From Malacoraja senta (Eukaryota), in assembly GCA_038087875.1 (NCBI GenBank), contig CM075989.1, positions 23,314,001 through 23,378,000 on the forward strand: a stretch of DNA of 64,000 bases. Direction: 5' to 3'. The notes below the pieces were generated by a model. That model did not search any database and was not told where the DNA came from. It worked only from the letters and a program-made list of their open reading frames with translations. This document shows, one piece after another, positions 12,446-25,420 of this stretch. The first letter of the stretch is position 1. Every line of letters starts with the position of its first letter. A program made the translations under genes and the position numbers.

Positions 12446-13665
12446 GTGGGGAAGGAATGGGTGACGTTTCAGGTCAAGACCCTTCTTCAGACGTTAACAT
12501 CAGGCAGCGAACCCTTGCAGTCTCTTCCACATCTCAACAACATCTTTGTCATTCATTAGGTTTATATCATCTTTTAGTTTAAGTCAGTTCTATGCAAACT
12601 CATGCAGGAGTGCATCCGACTTTCATAGAAACATAGAAAATAGGTGCAGGAGTAGGCTATTCGGCCCTTCGAGCCTGCACCGCCATTCAATGTGATCATG
12701 GCTGATCATCCAACTCAGTATCCCGTACCTGCCTTCTCTCCATACCCCCTGATCCCTTTAGCCACAAGGGCCACATCTAACTCCCTCTTAAATATAGCCA
12801 ATGAACTGGCCTCAACTACCTTCTGTGGCAGAAGGTAGTTGAGGCCAATTCAATTTCAATTATTTGTGCATTAACTTTCCTCATTAGTTTAGTTTAGTTT
12901 AGTCCAGTTTAGTTTCTCTTCAGACAAACATGGTGAATAACCCTGAGAGTTTTCAGTACATAGTGATAAAAATGCCTGCCAGTAAATTGGTTATAGACAG
13001 TGTCGCTGCAGTAGAATTGCTGCCTTACGAGCCTGTCCCACTTACTCGATTTTTTCGATGACTTGCCAGCACCCGTCATAGTCGCAGCAGGTCGCTGAAA
13101 ATGTTTGATCGGGTTTCACCTTGCACTAAACGTTATTCCCTTATCATAAACTTTATTTTCATGTTTCATGTATTTTGTGTTTCTATGACTGTTGGCAGAT
13201 AAATTTCCCTCCTGGGATAAACAAAGTTCTATCTTATCGTATACTGAACTGAACTGAAACAACTCAAACTCGGATGCGCTCCTGCATGGGGTTGCATTGT
13301 ACTGAGAAACTAAAAGATGATATAAACCTAATGAATGACAAAGATGCTCTTGAGAAGTGGAAGAGACTGCAAGGGTTACAGATACAGCTCACTGCCATGA
13401 TTGCATGCTGCCATGATGTCTCTACAGCCAGGTGATTATCTATCCTTTCCAGAGGACATTGGCAATCAGCCGTCCTGAGATGCTGCATCAATGCCTACAC
13501 TAACTAGTAAGATAGAAGATAGACACAAAATGTCTCGACCCGAAACGCCACCCAATCCTTCTCTCCAGAGACGCTGCCTGTCCCGCTGAGTTACTCCAGC
13601 ATTTTGTGTCTACCTTCAATTTAAGCCAGCATCTGCAGTTCCTTCCCACACACTAGTCAGAGTGA

Positions 13666-13985
13666 TAGCCCTGTCCCACGGTACGAGTTCATTCCAAGAG
13701 CTCTCCCGGTTTAAAAAAAAATCAAACTCATGGTAAGCACGGAGAATGAACGTAGCGGGTACGTCGGAGCTCGGGGACTTCTCTTAGCGCTAATGGCAGG
13801 TACTCGGGAAGACTCGCTAACGGCAGGTAAGCACGGGAAGACTCGTGAAGATTTTTCAACATGATGAAAAATGTCCATGAGAGCCCCGAGTACCGACGAG
13901 TGGCCATTACCGTAAATCTCCAAGTTCGAATCAGGGCAAACTCGGGAGAACTCTTGGAATGAACTCGTACCGCAGGACAGGGGTT
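13666..13985. mobile_element. PIF/Harbinger-type MITE; related partial termini at about 13030-13110 and 19395-19603
   Basis: Inverted termini of about 40 bp: ccctgtcccacggtacgagttcattccaagag and ctcttggaatgaactcgtaccgcaggacaggg. Confidence 0.75.
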
Positions 13986-14274
13986 TAAGTTGGCTTCTCT
14001 CCATCAACTCTTGCTCCCATTACTTACAGTCATATATTTACTGGTTCAAAGTCTCAAAAACAGGGTTGGGCCACCTTGCACTGAGACGAGGGGGAATCTA
14101 TTCACTCAAAGGGTGAAGGAACTTTGGAATTCTCTATCCTAGAAGGACCAGATGCTGGTTGCGTTTAAAACGATGTGGATAGATTTCTGGGGTTTTGAGG
14201 GATCAACAAACATACGGATGGACATTGAACGTAGAACAGCACGGGAACGGGACCGTGTTCCATGGTCCATGATG

Positions 14275-14580
14275 CCACGGGTGGTAGAGTTGCTGCCTTT
14301 ACAGCGCCAGAGACACGGGTTCGATCCTGACTACGGGTGCGGTCTGTATTGAGTCTGTATGTGACGGTGTGGGTTTTCTCCGGGTGCTCCGGTTTCCTCC
14401 CACACTCCAAAGACGTACAGGTTTGTAGGCTAATTGGTTTCAGTAAAGATTGTAAATTATCCCTAGTGTGTAGGATAGTGCTAGTGTACCGGATGATCGC
14501 TTACAGGGTGTATGGGGCCGGCATGGATTCGGTGGGCCAAAGGGCCTGTTTCCACACTGTATCTTTAGACTAACCTAAAC
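14275..14580 (+). mobile_element. V-SINE (HE1-like)
   Basis: B box gggttcgatcc, central domain and tail. Confidence 0.85.
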
Positions 14581-15892
14581 CAATGCACATGATACATCTC
14601 CCTGCATTCTCTGCACATCCAGATGCCAATGCAAAAGTTTGTTAAACACCACTATCGTGTCTGCCTCCATCACCACCCCCCTGGCAGCACGCTCAAGGTA
14701 CCCACAACCCTCTGTATGAAAAAACCTGCCCCGCACATCTCCTTTAAACTTTGCCAAAGAATTCATTTTCAAAGCCAGCCTGCAAATTACCCGTGAATGA
14801 GGTTAAAAAAAAAAAAACTACAGGTGCTGGAAAGCTAAAATTAAATTAAAAAAAATACTACTAAATATTCAGCAGGTAGACAAAAATGCTGGAGAAACTC
14901 AGCGGGTGAGGCAGCATCTATGGAGCGAAGGAATAGGTGGCGTTTCGGGTCGAGACCCTTCTTCAGACTTCAGTCTCGACCCGAAACGTCACCTATTCCT
15001 TCACTCCATAGATGCTGCCTCACCCGCTGAGTTTCTCCAGCATTTCTGTCTACCTTCGATTTTTCCAGCATCTGCAGTTCTTTCTTAAACTAAACATTCA
15101 GCAAGTCAGGTGTCACCCGTGAAATGTTTCAGGTCAAAGATGTTTTGTTTTCTCTTTTCCTTCTTAGTTCTGATAAAATGGATACATGGATAGGTCAGGT
15201 TTGGAGGGATATGGGCCAAATGCTGGCAGGTGCGACTAGTGTGGCTGGGACACGTTGGCCGGCGTGGGCAAGTTGGACCAAAGGGCCTGTTTCCACACTC
15301 TATGACTCGATGAAAACATCACTGACGTAAACTCTGTTTTCTCTTTCCACAAATGCTGCCCGACCTGCTGATTGCTTCCAGCATTTTTGCTGCTTGCTGC
15401 AAATTACAAGAGGAATTGGTTGGTGTTTTGTTAAGTTGACATCCATCCATGTCCCTCGACTAAAAGCCACAGCGACGGCACTGCTTTTAGTGGCGCCCAG
15501 CGACCGCCTGACAACCTTCCAAAATAACACGGGAGCACTGGCAATGTGAGGTTTTAATGCATAAAGTAACAATCTCGTGCTGGTCGATTGTACAGAGTGC
15601 CCCAGGCTGCTTCAAGGTACAGTTTGTTTACTGACAATAAATTGCAATGGATGTTGCCGCCCTCGAGAAATGAAACATTAATATCAGCTTGAACAAATAA
15701 CGCTTGTATATTCAAGGGCAATCGCTCTCCTCTGCACACATTAATGGTTCCTCATGTTATGGTCAAAATAACATACGTGGGGAATGACACAAGAGTCGAG
15801 ATAGCAAAGCCGAGACTGGACTATACCCCACGGCCAGACAGCAAATTGCACATTCTGTGTCTCTCCAATGTCCCTCTAAAACAATACAAGTC

Positions 15893-16195
15893 GGGGTGAC
15901 ACGGTGGCGCAGCGTTAGAGTTGCTGCCTCACAGCACCAGAGACCCAGGTTCGATCCTGACTACAGGTGCTGTCTGAACGGAGTTGGTACGTTCCCCTTG
16001 TGACAGCGTGGGTTTTATCCTGGTGCTCCGGTTTCCTCCCACAATCCAAAGACATACAGGTTTTATAGGCTTCGGTAAAATTGTAAATTGTCCCCAGTGT
16101 GTAAGAGAATGTTAGTTTAAGGGGTGATCGCAGGTCGCCTTGAACTCAGCGAGCTGAAGGACCTGTTTCCGCACTGTATCTGTAAAGTCTAAAGT
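15893..16195 (+). mobile_element. V-SINE (HE1-like)
   Basis: A and B boxes, central domain and tail. Confidence 0.85.
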
Positions 16196-17288
16196 CCAAC
16201 TCCAACCAAAGGCACAAGAGGCTCAGGGGTCTGCAGCACGGTAACGTCACACTGAGGTGACTGGAGGCTTTATGGAATTTTAAAAAATGTAAATGGCACC
16301 ACAAATGGCATGTGTACAAAATCATGAGAGGAATAGATCGGGAAAGCACACAGCGTCTCTTGCCCAGAGTAGGGGAATCAAGAACAAGAGGACATAGGAT
16401 TATGGTGAAATGGGGGAAAGATTTAATAGGAATCTGAGAGCTAACTTTATTACACAAGGGAAGTGGGTGTATGGAACGAGCTGCCGGAGGAAGTAGTTGA
16501 GGCAGGGACTAACGCAATGTTTAAGAAACATTTAGACAGGTCCATGGATAGGACAGGTTTAGAGGGATATGGGCCAAATGCAGGCAAGTGGGGCTAGTGT
16601 AGATAGGGCATGTTGGCCGGTGTGGGCAAGTTGGGCCGAAGGGCCTGTTTCCATGACTCGGTAGTTTTTCCAGAAAAGCATGAGACCGTTTGGCCCTATT
16701 TAATGTTGGCATCTTTTGCTGTGATCTCCATGTCAGGAACCTAATTACAAAACAGCTGTCAGATACAGCAGCCTTAATGATAGGGTGTGTATTTATAACT
16801 TTGAATGGATGTCCTGCCAGAAGTTTAAAATTAGACACTCATCGATTTTGAACAGCCTAATAGTACCAGTTTCTCTCCTCTGTACAACTGTCACAGACGT
16901 AAATGAAAGCAAAGACTTGCCTTAAAATAGCAAAGACTACAGCTTCAGGATGTTCATAAATTCATACGTGATAGGAGCAGAATTAGGCCATTTAGCCCAT
17001 CAAGTCTACTCTGCCATTCAATCATGGCTGATGTATCTTTCCCTTTCAACCCCATTCCCCTGCCTTCTCCCCATAACCCCCGACACCCGTACTACTCAAG
17101 AATCCATCCAACTGTATCTCAAAGCACAATAAATTAATACAATAGACAATAGGTGCAGGAGTAGGCCATTCGGCCCTTCAAGCCAGCACCACCATTCAAT
17201 ATGATCATGGCTGATCATCCAAAATCAGTACCCCGTTCCTGCTTTTTCCCCATATCCCTTGATTCCGTTAGCCCCAAGAGCTTTATCT

Positions 17289-18748
17289 TTTTTAAAATAT
17301 TTTAATTTTATTAGAAGTACAATTGTATACAATCATATTTTCATAATACATTTTATGTACAGCTTCTTATTTTTTTATTATAATAAAGAAGAAAAGAAAA
17401 AGAAATTAGATAATGAAGTATAGAAAAACGTGAGATATATAGTGTGTGGAGAAGAAAAATAGAGAGTGAAAAAGGAAAGTTAAAGAGTAGAAAATAGGAA
17501 AAAGAGAATAAAAGAAAAAAAGGAAGAAAAAGAAAAAAGAAGTAAGGAGATCTTATTTATAATCTTGACCATCCCTCGCTTAGTCACAAGTTGCACCATA
17601 TGATTCCAAAAAGACGACAAATGGAGACCAACTCGTTGTGAATTGGTCAAATTTATCTATTAGGAGGAATCGCATTTCCTCAAGATGTGCAGTGTCCAAC
17701 ATACTTGCAATCCACATTTTGAACGTTGGTATTGGTGTATTTTTCCAAAAGTATTAATTTTTTTGCTATTATTAAACCATAATTAAAAAATAATTTTTGA
17801 GATGGATTCAATTTATTCCCATCTTCCATTACCCCAAATATAATCAATTCATTATTAGGTTCCATTTTTATCTTAAATAATTTTGTGAATATTTCGAAAA
17901 TATCACTCCAAAATCTATAACGTTTTATACAGGAAACAAAAGAGTGTGTTATAGTTGCATCTTGGATTAAACATTTATCACAAGTGGGGGATATATTTGG
18001 GTAACATTTATTTAATCTTGTTTTTGAGTAATACAATCTATGTAAAATTTTAAATTGAATTAGATTGTCTTGCATTAATCGAACATTTGTGAATATATGT
18101 CAAATACTTTTCCCATGTAACCTTCGTAATTTTTATCATTAATTCCCGTTCCCACTCTTCTCTAATTACCTCAGTCGCAGGTAAATCTATATTTAAAATA
18201 CTATTATATAAATATGATATTAATTTTTGTGTATCAGCTTTAATATTCATTACTTCTTCCAATAAATCAGGAATTATTTTTTGATATCCCTGTATGTATG
18301 TCTTCAAGAAATTGCAAATCTGAAAATATTTAAAATAATGATTGTTTTTCAGTTTAAATTTTAATTGTAATTGTTGAAATGATAGTAAATCTCCCATTTC
18401 ATACAAGTCCCCGATCCTTTTAATTCCTAAACTTTCCCATTGAATATATATTTTGTCCATCATAGATGGTTTAAATAAAGGATTATTCGCTATCGGTGTT
18501 AAAAATGATAGGTTTCTTAATTTTAAGGATAATTTTATTTGTTTCCATATTCTTATTGTATCTTGTATAATTGGGTTCTTCTTATATATTGTATTGTTCA
18601 TTTTTTTCGGGGAGAAGAGGATCGTTCCTATATTATAAGGATAACAATCCTCTTTCTCCATTTTTATCCATTCTGTCTGTTGGGTTGAACTATCCAACCA
18701 GTAAATTATATTCTTAATATGTATTGCCCAATAGTAATACAGAAAATT
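17289..18748 (-). mobile_element. 5'-truncated L1-clade LINE, 3' part of ORF2 plus 3' UTR
   Basis: ORFs 18050-18751 and 17680-18075 (NFLYYYWAIHIKN, QFKILHRLYYSK, CDKC...HSFVSC) are clearly homologous to the 51616-52977 protein. The minus strand ends 'cttctaataaaa' plus an A-rich tail, like the 53 kb copy. Confidence 0.9.
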
Positions 18749-19878
18749 CAATCATGGCTGATCTATCTTTCCCTTTCAACCCCATTCCCCTGCCTTCTCC
18801 CCATAACCCCCGACACCCGTACTACTCAAGAATCCATCCAACTGTATCTCAAAGCACAATAAATTAATACAATAGACAATAGGTGCAGGAGTAGGCCATT
18901 CGGCCCTTCAAGCCAGCACCACCATTCAATATGATCATGGCTGATCATCCAAAATCAGTACCCCGTTCCTGCTTTTTCCCTATATCCCTTGATTCTGTTA
19001 GCCCCAAGAGCTTTATCTAACTCTCTCTTGAAAACATCCAGTGAATTGGCCTCCACTGCCTTCTGTGGCAGAGAAGTCACAACTCTCTGGGTGAAAAAGT
19101 TTTTCCTCATCTCAGTCCTAAATAGCTGACCCGTTATTCTTAAACTGTGACTGGGTTCTGGACTCACCCAACATGGTGAATAATTTTCCTGCATCTAGCC
19201 TGTCCAATCCCTTAAGAATTTTATATGTTTCTATGAGACCCATCTCATTCTTCTAAATTCCAGTGAATACAAGCCCAGTCAACCCATTCTTTGACCAGAT
19301 AATCTGTGAAGGGGCGATCGCTGGTCGGCATGGACTATGTGGGCCAAAGGGCCTGTTTCCATGCTGTATCTCGACACTAAACACGGTGCTATTTTTTTAC
19401 TCGTGGACATTTTTCATCAGGCCGAAAAAACGTCCCGACTTACCCAATGCCCCGAGTACCTACGGCTGGCATAACGAGCCGCCATGATATATCTACAAAC
19501 TCCTACGGCCTCCTACCGACTCGTTACAGACATTCTCCGAGTTTGAATCAAGGGGAAAACTCTGGAGAATTCGTGAATAACTCGTGAAAGTGGGACCGGC
19601 CCTTAACACTATCCTACACACACACACACACGAGGGACAATTTACAATTTTATCAAAGCCAATCAACCTACAAACCTGTACGTCTTTGGAATGTGGGAGG
19701 AAACCACAGCACCCGGGGAAAACCCATGTGGTCACAAGGAGAACGTACAAACTCTGCACAGACAGCACCCGTAGTCAGGATCGAACCCGGGTCTCTGACA
19801 CCATGAGGCAGCAACTCTACCGATGTGACATTGTGGTAATCCGCACTATTCCTCAGTGCCTGAAGAAGGGTCCCGACC

Positions 19879-20073
19879 TGAAACGTCACCTATCCATGTT
19901 CTCCACAGATGCTGCCTGACCCGCTGAGTTACTCCAGCACTCAGTGAAATGTCACCTATCCATGTTCTCCAGAGATGCTGCCTGACCCGCTGAGTTACTC
20001 CAGCACTCAGTGAAATGTCACCTATCCATGTTCTCCAGAGATGCTGCCTGACCCGCTGAGTTACTCCAGCACT
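19879..20073 (+). repeat. Three tandem 66-bp units within a Penelope-derived repeat
   Basis: The unit tgaaa(c/t)gtcacctatccatgttctcc...ccagcactcag starts at 19879, 19945 and 20011. Confidence 0.9.
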
Positions 20074-21372
20074 CTGTGTCTTTTCTTTTAAACACAACCA
20101 CAAAAGTCTCCTGTTGCATTCTTAGTCCTTATCGGAGGTCTCCAGGTGTGACACGTACACAACTCGTTCAGCTAAATTCTATGAAACATGTTGATTTCTG
20201 TTCAGAGCAATAAACTGTGCCAAAGTTGAATATCTATTTATCTAAAACTCACTGCTCTGCCTCTGCTCTGCGTTCATTATGTTCTATCTGTTCTGGGCCA
20301 AATCTCTGTACAGACTTGCTCGGAGAAACACTTGGTGTTTGATGCACCTTCACTCAATCACCTCACCTCTTATCACCCTACACCGAGTCTGCCGACAATT
20401 AGTCACCGAGCTTTGCACGCAGGCTTGGTGGTGAAATCACTGCCCCCCCACCCCACCCCACCCCACCCCCTCCATCTCGTCAGCCCCAGGTCACAGCGAA
20501 TTTCCTATTAAACATCAGCTGGAATGCAGCATCCAAAACAGAGGGGGAGACAGATTAAAAAATATCCTCCAAAAGCAGAATAAGTTAGTTTGATTTTTTT
20601 TTTAACGACAGTATAGAATCTTCCTTCACCTCTGACGCAATGGTACAATATTTTTTAAAATAGTTTAGTTTGGAGATACAGCCCGGAAACAGGCCCTTCG
20701 GCCCAACGAGTCTGCGCCGTCCAGCGATCACCATGCACTAGCACTATCCTACACACACCAGGGGCAATTTTCAATTTTACCGAAGTCAAATTAACCTGCA
20801 AACCTGCACGTCTTTGAAGTGTGGGAGGAAACCGGAGTTCCCTGAGAAAACCCACACGGGTCACGGGGAGAACGTACAAACTCCGTAAAGGCAGCACCCA
20901 TGGTCAGGATCGAACATGGGTCTCTACTGCTGAGCCACCGTGCCTTCCCCACTATTAGCAATAATGAGCGTAACAACAAGCGATAATAAATATCATCCAA
21001 TAGTCAATTCAATTGATAACACGACTGAAAATTACCATGGGTACTAAAGAGTGTAAAGACATTTTGGCCTCAGCAGATGCTGCGTAATCTGTTGTGTATT
21101 TACCACAGGCACAAAGTACTGGAGTAACTCAGCGGGACAGGCAGCATCTCTGGAGAGAAGGAATGGGTGACGTTTCTGGGTCGAGAGCCTACTCCAGACT
21201 GAACAAGGTCTTAACCAGAAACGTCACCCATTCCTTCTCTCCAGAGATGCTGTCTGTCCTGCCTGAGTTACTCCAGCCACTTTGTGTCTATCTTCAGTTT
21301 AAACCAGCATCTGCAGTTCCTTCCTACATACTCGACACATCACCTTTGACAGAAGCAAGTGGGCACACTTAC

Positions 21373-21490
21373 TGTGAGTGAAGACAATTCTCGGGATCTG
21401 CTCTTGCTCCGTGCTGGTGAGCTGGTGACGTGCCGCTGTGTACAGAGTGGCAGCAGTCAGTAGCAGGAAGCTCAGGCAACCCAGGTTCAT
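21373..21490 (-). CDS. First coding exon (signal peptide plus start of Sema domain) of a probable class-4 semaphorin, SEMA4A/SEMA4B-like; partial gene
   Basis: The minus strand reads GCCACC-ATG (ATG 21490-21488), 39 codons MNLGCLSFLLLTAATLYTAARHQLTSTEQEQIPRIVFTH, one extra nt, then the donor GTAAGT at 21372 (phase 1). The hydrophobic N-terminus followed by IPRIVFTH resembles, from recall, SEMA4D IPRITWEH and SEMA4B PRISLPL, which also precede a phase-1 intron. There are in-frame stops upstream and no upstream ATG in the exon. The paralogue cannot be resolved from 39 aa. Confidence 0.7.
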
Positions 21491-21686
21491 GGTGGCTACA
21501 CAAGGCAGCAGCTGCCCCCAGGATGGTCCTGTCTGAAGTGGATATATGATCGGCAGTAAGGCACGGCAGCACGTTCCAGGACCACGTAGAAACACCAGTG
21601 GCCAGCAAGGCTATCGTCACCTTCCCCGACCAGTCCCCGCAGCTCAGGTGAAACTCAAGCAGGCTTGCTACTTCTCCGAGCTGAAC
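21491..21686 (-). other. 5' UTR portion of the same exon
   Basis: Acceptor 'ctgtttctgttgcag|GTTCAG' with AG at 21688-21687, then 196 nt of non-repetitive sequence lacking ATG before the Kozak ATG. This implies an upstream non-coding exon that I could not locate. Confidence 0.6.
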
Positions 21687-24193
21687 CTGCAACAGAAACA
21701 GCAAGCACGGAGAGGTTAGAAAACAGCTCGGTTACAGGAGCAACGTGATCATGTGTTGAAAAACAAAGACTGCTTGAACATTTCTTAACCTGCTCACAAG
21801 TTGGCTGGGTGTCTGATAGCAGCCACATGTTACAGTGTGCACTCTCCTCTATCAAAACCATTGCCACCTCACCGAACCCTACAGCAGGCTCCCTGCCCGC
21901 ACAACCAACACCGCTCCCTGCCTGCTGCAGCAGAACTCCCTCAGACCAGGTTAATCTTGCATTGACTACCTCCCCTGGAGTAACTCAGCGGGTCAGGCAG
22001 CATCTGTGGAGAACATGGATAGGTGACGTTTCACAGAGTGCTGGAGTAACTCAGCGGGTCAGGCAGCATCTCTGGAGAACATGGATGATGGGTGACGATT
22101 TGGGTTGGGATTCTTCTTCAGATGTTCAGTCAATCCTGTTTGAGTTTTAAAGTTAACCTGAGCATTGAAAACTTCACAAGACCAACAGAACATTATCTTG
22201 CACGAAACATTATTCTCTTTATCATGTATCTGTACACTGTAGAAGGCTCAATTGTAATCAGGTATAGCCTTTCGCTGACTGGTTAGCACGCAATAAAAGC
22301 TTTTCACCGTACCACAGTAAACTGGAACAATAAACTAAACTAAACTAAAGAAGACAGACACAAAAAGCTGGAGTAACTCAGCGGGGCAGGCAGCATCTCC
22401 AGCTTTTTGTGTCTATCTTCACTTTAAACCAGCATCTGCCAGTGCCTTCCTAAACTAAAGAGCGTGGGCAGTGTTAGGTTTAACTAGAGTTGCCGTTTAT
22501 TTCTTATGAGGTGAAGTGATTCAGTTCAATGCGGTTTCCACAGAAGCTTTGTTTAGTAAAGACACATACGGGCATAAAAATGGAAAACAATTGTTCTGAA
22601 AACAGGCAAGGTTCAAAAGAGAAATTTAAAGTTGAGGTAGATTTGACCAAATATAGAATTTTTGAATTACCTTGAAATTAATCAAAGTTTAGTTAAAGGC
22701 TCATCCCTAATCCTCTCCCTCCTCCAGAAACACACTCTTTAAAAGTTGTCTCCTTCATCTGTAACATTTAGTTGGATTACACTCAAGTGAAATAATCTGA
22801 AACATATTTCAATTTCAAAACCAATTTAGAGAATTCCTCATTTTTCTGGATTCATTCCAATAAAGTTACTTTAAGTGTAGGAAGGAACTGCAGATGCTGG
22901 TTTACACCAAAGAGAGATACAAAATGCTGGAGTGACATAGCGGGTCAGGCAGCATCTCTGGAGGAAAGGAATAGGTAACGTTTCGGGTCAAGACCCTTCT
23001 TCAGTTGCGTCCTACTCCCTCTCCTGACATCAGTCTGAAGAAGTGTCTCGCCCCGAAACGTCGCTAATTCCTTCTCTCCAGAGATGCTGCCCGGCCCGCT
23101 GAGTTACTCCAGCATTTTGTGCCTATCTATCTAAAGTTACTTTATGTTTGACAATTTTATTAAAACAGAATACACGAGAAATGATCATGAAAAAGCCTAG
23201 ACACAATGTACTGAAGTAACTCAGCGGGTCAGGCAGCATCTCTGGAGAACACGAATAGGTGGTGTTTCGGGTCGGGACCCTTTTTCAGACACTTGTACAT
23301 AAGACAAATAATGTCAGTTCAGTGGTAGGATGATTCAGTTGCCTGATAACAGCTGGGAAGAATCATCCTACCACAACCAGAGAGCAGTGCTGAACTACTA
23401 TCTACCTCTTTGGTGACCCTCGGACTACCCTTGATCGGGCTTTACTGGCTTTCCTTGCACTAAACATTATTCCCATATCATGTATCTATCTATACACTGT
23501 AAATGGATTGATTGTAATCATGTATTGTCTTTCCGCTGACTAATTAGCATGCCACAAAAAGCTTTTCACTGTACCTCGCTACACATGACAATAAACTAAA
23601 CTGAAGAGACCTTTCCTCCCCTGTCCATTGTGTGGGGATTTGCAGCAGTGCAACAATAAGCTGGCGGTAGATACAAAATGGTGGCGTACCTCAGCGGGAC
23701 AGACACCATCTCTGGAGAGAAGGAATGGGTGACGTTTCGGGTCGAGACCTTTCTTCAGACTTCTTCATTGTTTCCTACATCTCTCTCTCTCTCTCTCTCT
23801 TGCTCTCTCTATATTGTTTACAGCGCAATATGTTTGCAATAGATCTCTGCAACTTGACTGCAGTTTGAACTGATGTTCTTATCTGTGTTACCATCAGTTC
23901 ATACATATTGCCTTTCATGATAAATAATTGTTGACAGTCACGGGCCTGGAAACCAGAGCTTGTGCGGATAGTGAGTCGCAAAAGCCTCACAAAAAATATA
24001 GTATATCGCTCAACACCACACAGTGGCTTCGGTCAGAGGAAGATAAGTCGCTGACCTTAACAACAAGATGTAGCAGTTTGGATTAACTCGGGGACACTCT
24101 GGAAAAACACAATAATTATACTGCTGAGGATAAAGCTGAGCTAACAATGTTAGGAGTAAGTCAAATGCATGTTGAAGTAGTCAATATATATCA

Positions 24194-24477
24194 GGACGGC
24201 ACGGTGGTGCAGCGGTAGAGTTGCTGCCTCACCACACCAGAGACCCAGGTTCGATCCTGACTACGGGTGCTGTCTGTACAGAGTTTGCACGTTCTCCCTG
24301 TGACCACGTGGGTTTTCTCCGGGTGCTCCAGTTTCTTCCCACACTCCAAAGACGTGCAGGTTTGTAGGTTAATTGGCTCCAGTAAAATTGCAAATTGTCC
24401 TAGTGTGTGGGATAGTTTTAGTGTACGGGGATTGCTGGTCGACACGGAGATCCGGGCCTGTATCTCTGCAGTCTAAA
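24194..24477 (+). mobile_element. V-SINE (HE1-like)
   Basis: A and B boxes, central domain and tail. Confidence 0.85.
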
Positions 24478-24996
24478 GTATTTATGTTGGTCAGGGTTTG
24501 GATTGGACCTTTATTATTACTGTAAAAATAAATATTTAGATTTACATTTCCACTACAATTAGTGAATTGTGAAATACATTGGTATTGTGCAGTTGTCACC
24601 TGGGTTCTTTCCTGGGTCCCATCCCCATATTCACCTTGCTCATGAATTACCTCCAATCTGCAATCATTAATCCATTTCCCGGTACTGAGTGAAAGCATCC
24701 AATAAAAGTTGCCATCAGTTACTCAAGCGAGCGATCCATCTCCGCGCTGTAATATCCTGTCCATCATTCAAACAATAATAAACCTTTCGCAACAACCATA
24801 CGTCGCTTTATAAAATAAAGAGCAAGAATAATGAAACGACAATGAGCCTGGATGGATATGAACTCACTAGATCAACAATCACCCCATTCGCCAGTCACCA
24901 GCACCATTACGAATTCTGTCAGCAATGTCTATAACATTAGCAAAACTCAGATATTCGATTCCTGGATAGATTCAATAGGAGTGTGTCCCATGATCA

Positions 24997-25114
24997 TTAT
25001 ATATACACACACACACATAATATATACGTATAATATGTATATATATATGTATGTGTATATATATATATACATATGTATATATATATATATATGTATGTAT
25101 GTGTATGTGTATAT

Positions 25115-25206
<92 letters not shown>

Positions 25207-25271
25207 GATAGATAGATAGATAGATAGATATATAGATAGATATATAGATAGATATATATATATATATATAG

Positions 25272-25304
<33 letters not shown>

Positions 25305-25420
25305 TATATATATATACATACACACAGTATATATCACGGACACACTCCCATGTGTGTGTGTGTACATATACACCACATATACATTATATATATACACATA
25401 CACACACACATATCTACATA
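24997..25420. repeat. (TA)n/(GATA)n/(CA)n compound microsatellite; further CT/CA tract at 25540-25640
   Basis: Directly visible. Confidence 0.95.

Noticed and set aside
15554..15739. Candidate second semaphorin exon (NKLYLEAAWG)
   Set aside because: It does not match the LYVGAR context, and no convincing splice sites frame it.
19879..20073. Regularly spaced repeats resembling a CRISPR array
   Set aside because: Head-to-tail duplication without unique spacers, in eukaryotic DNA with no cas genes.
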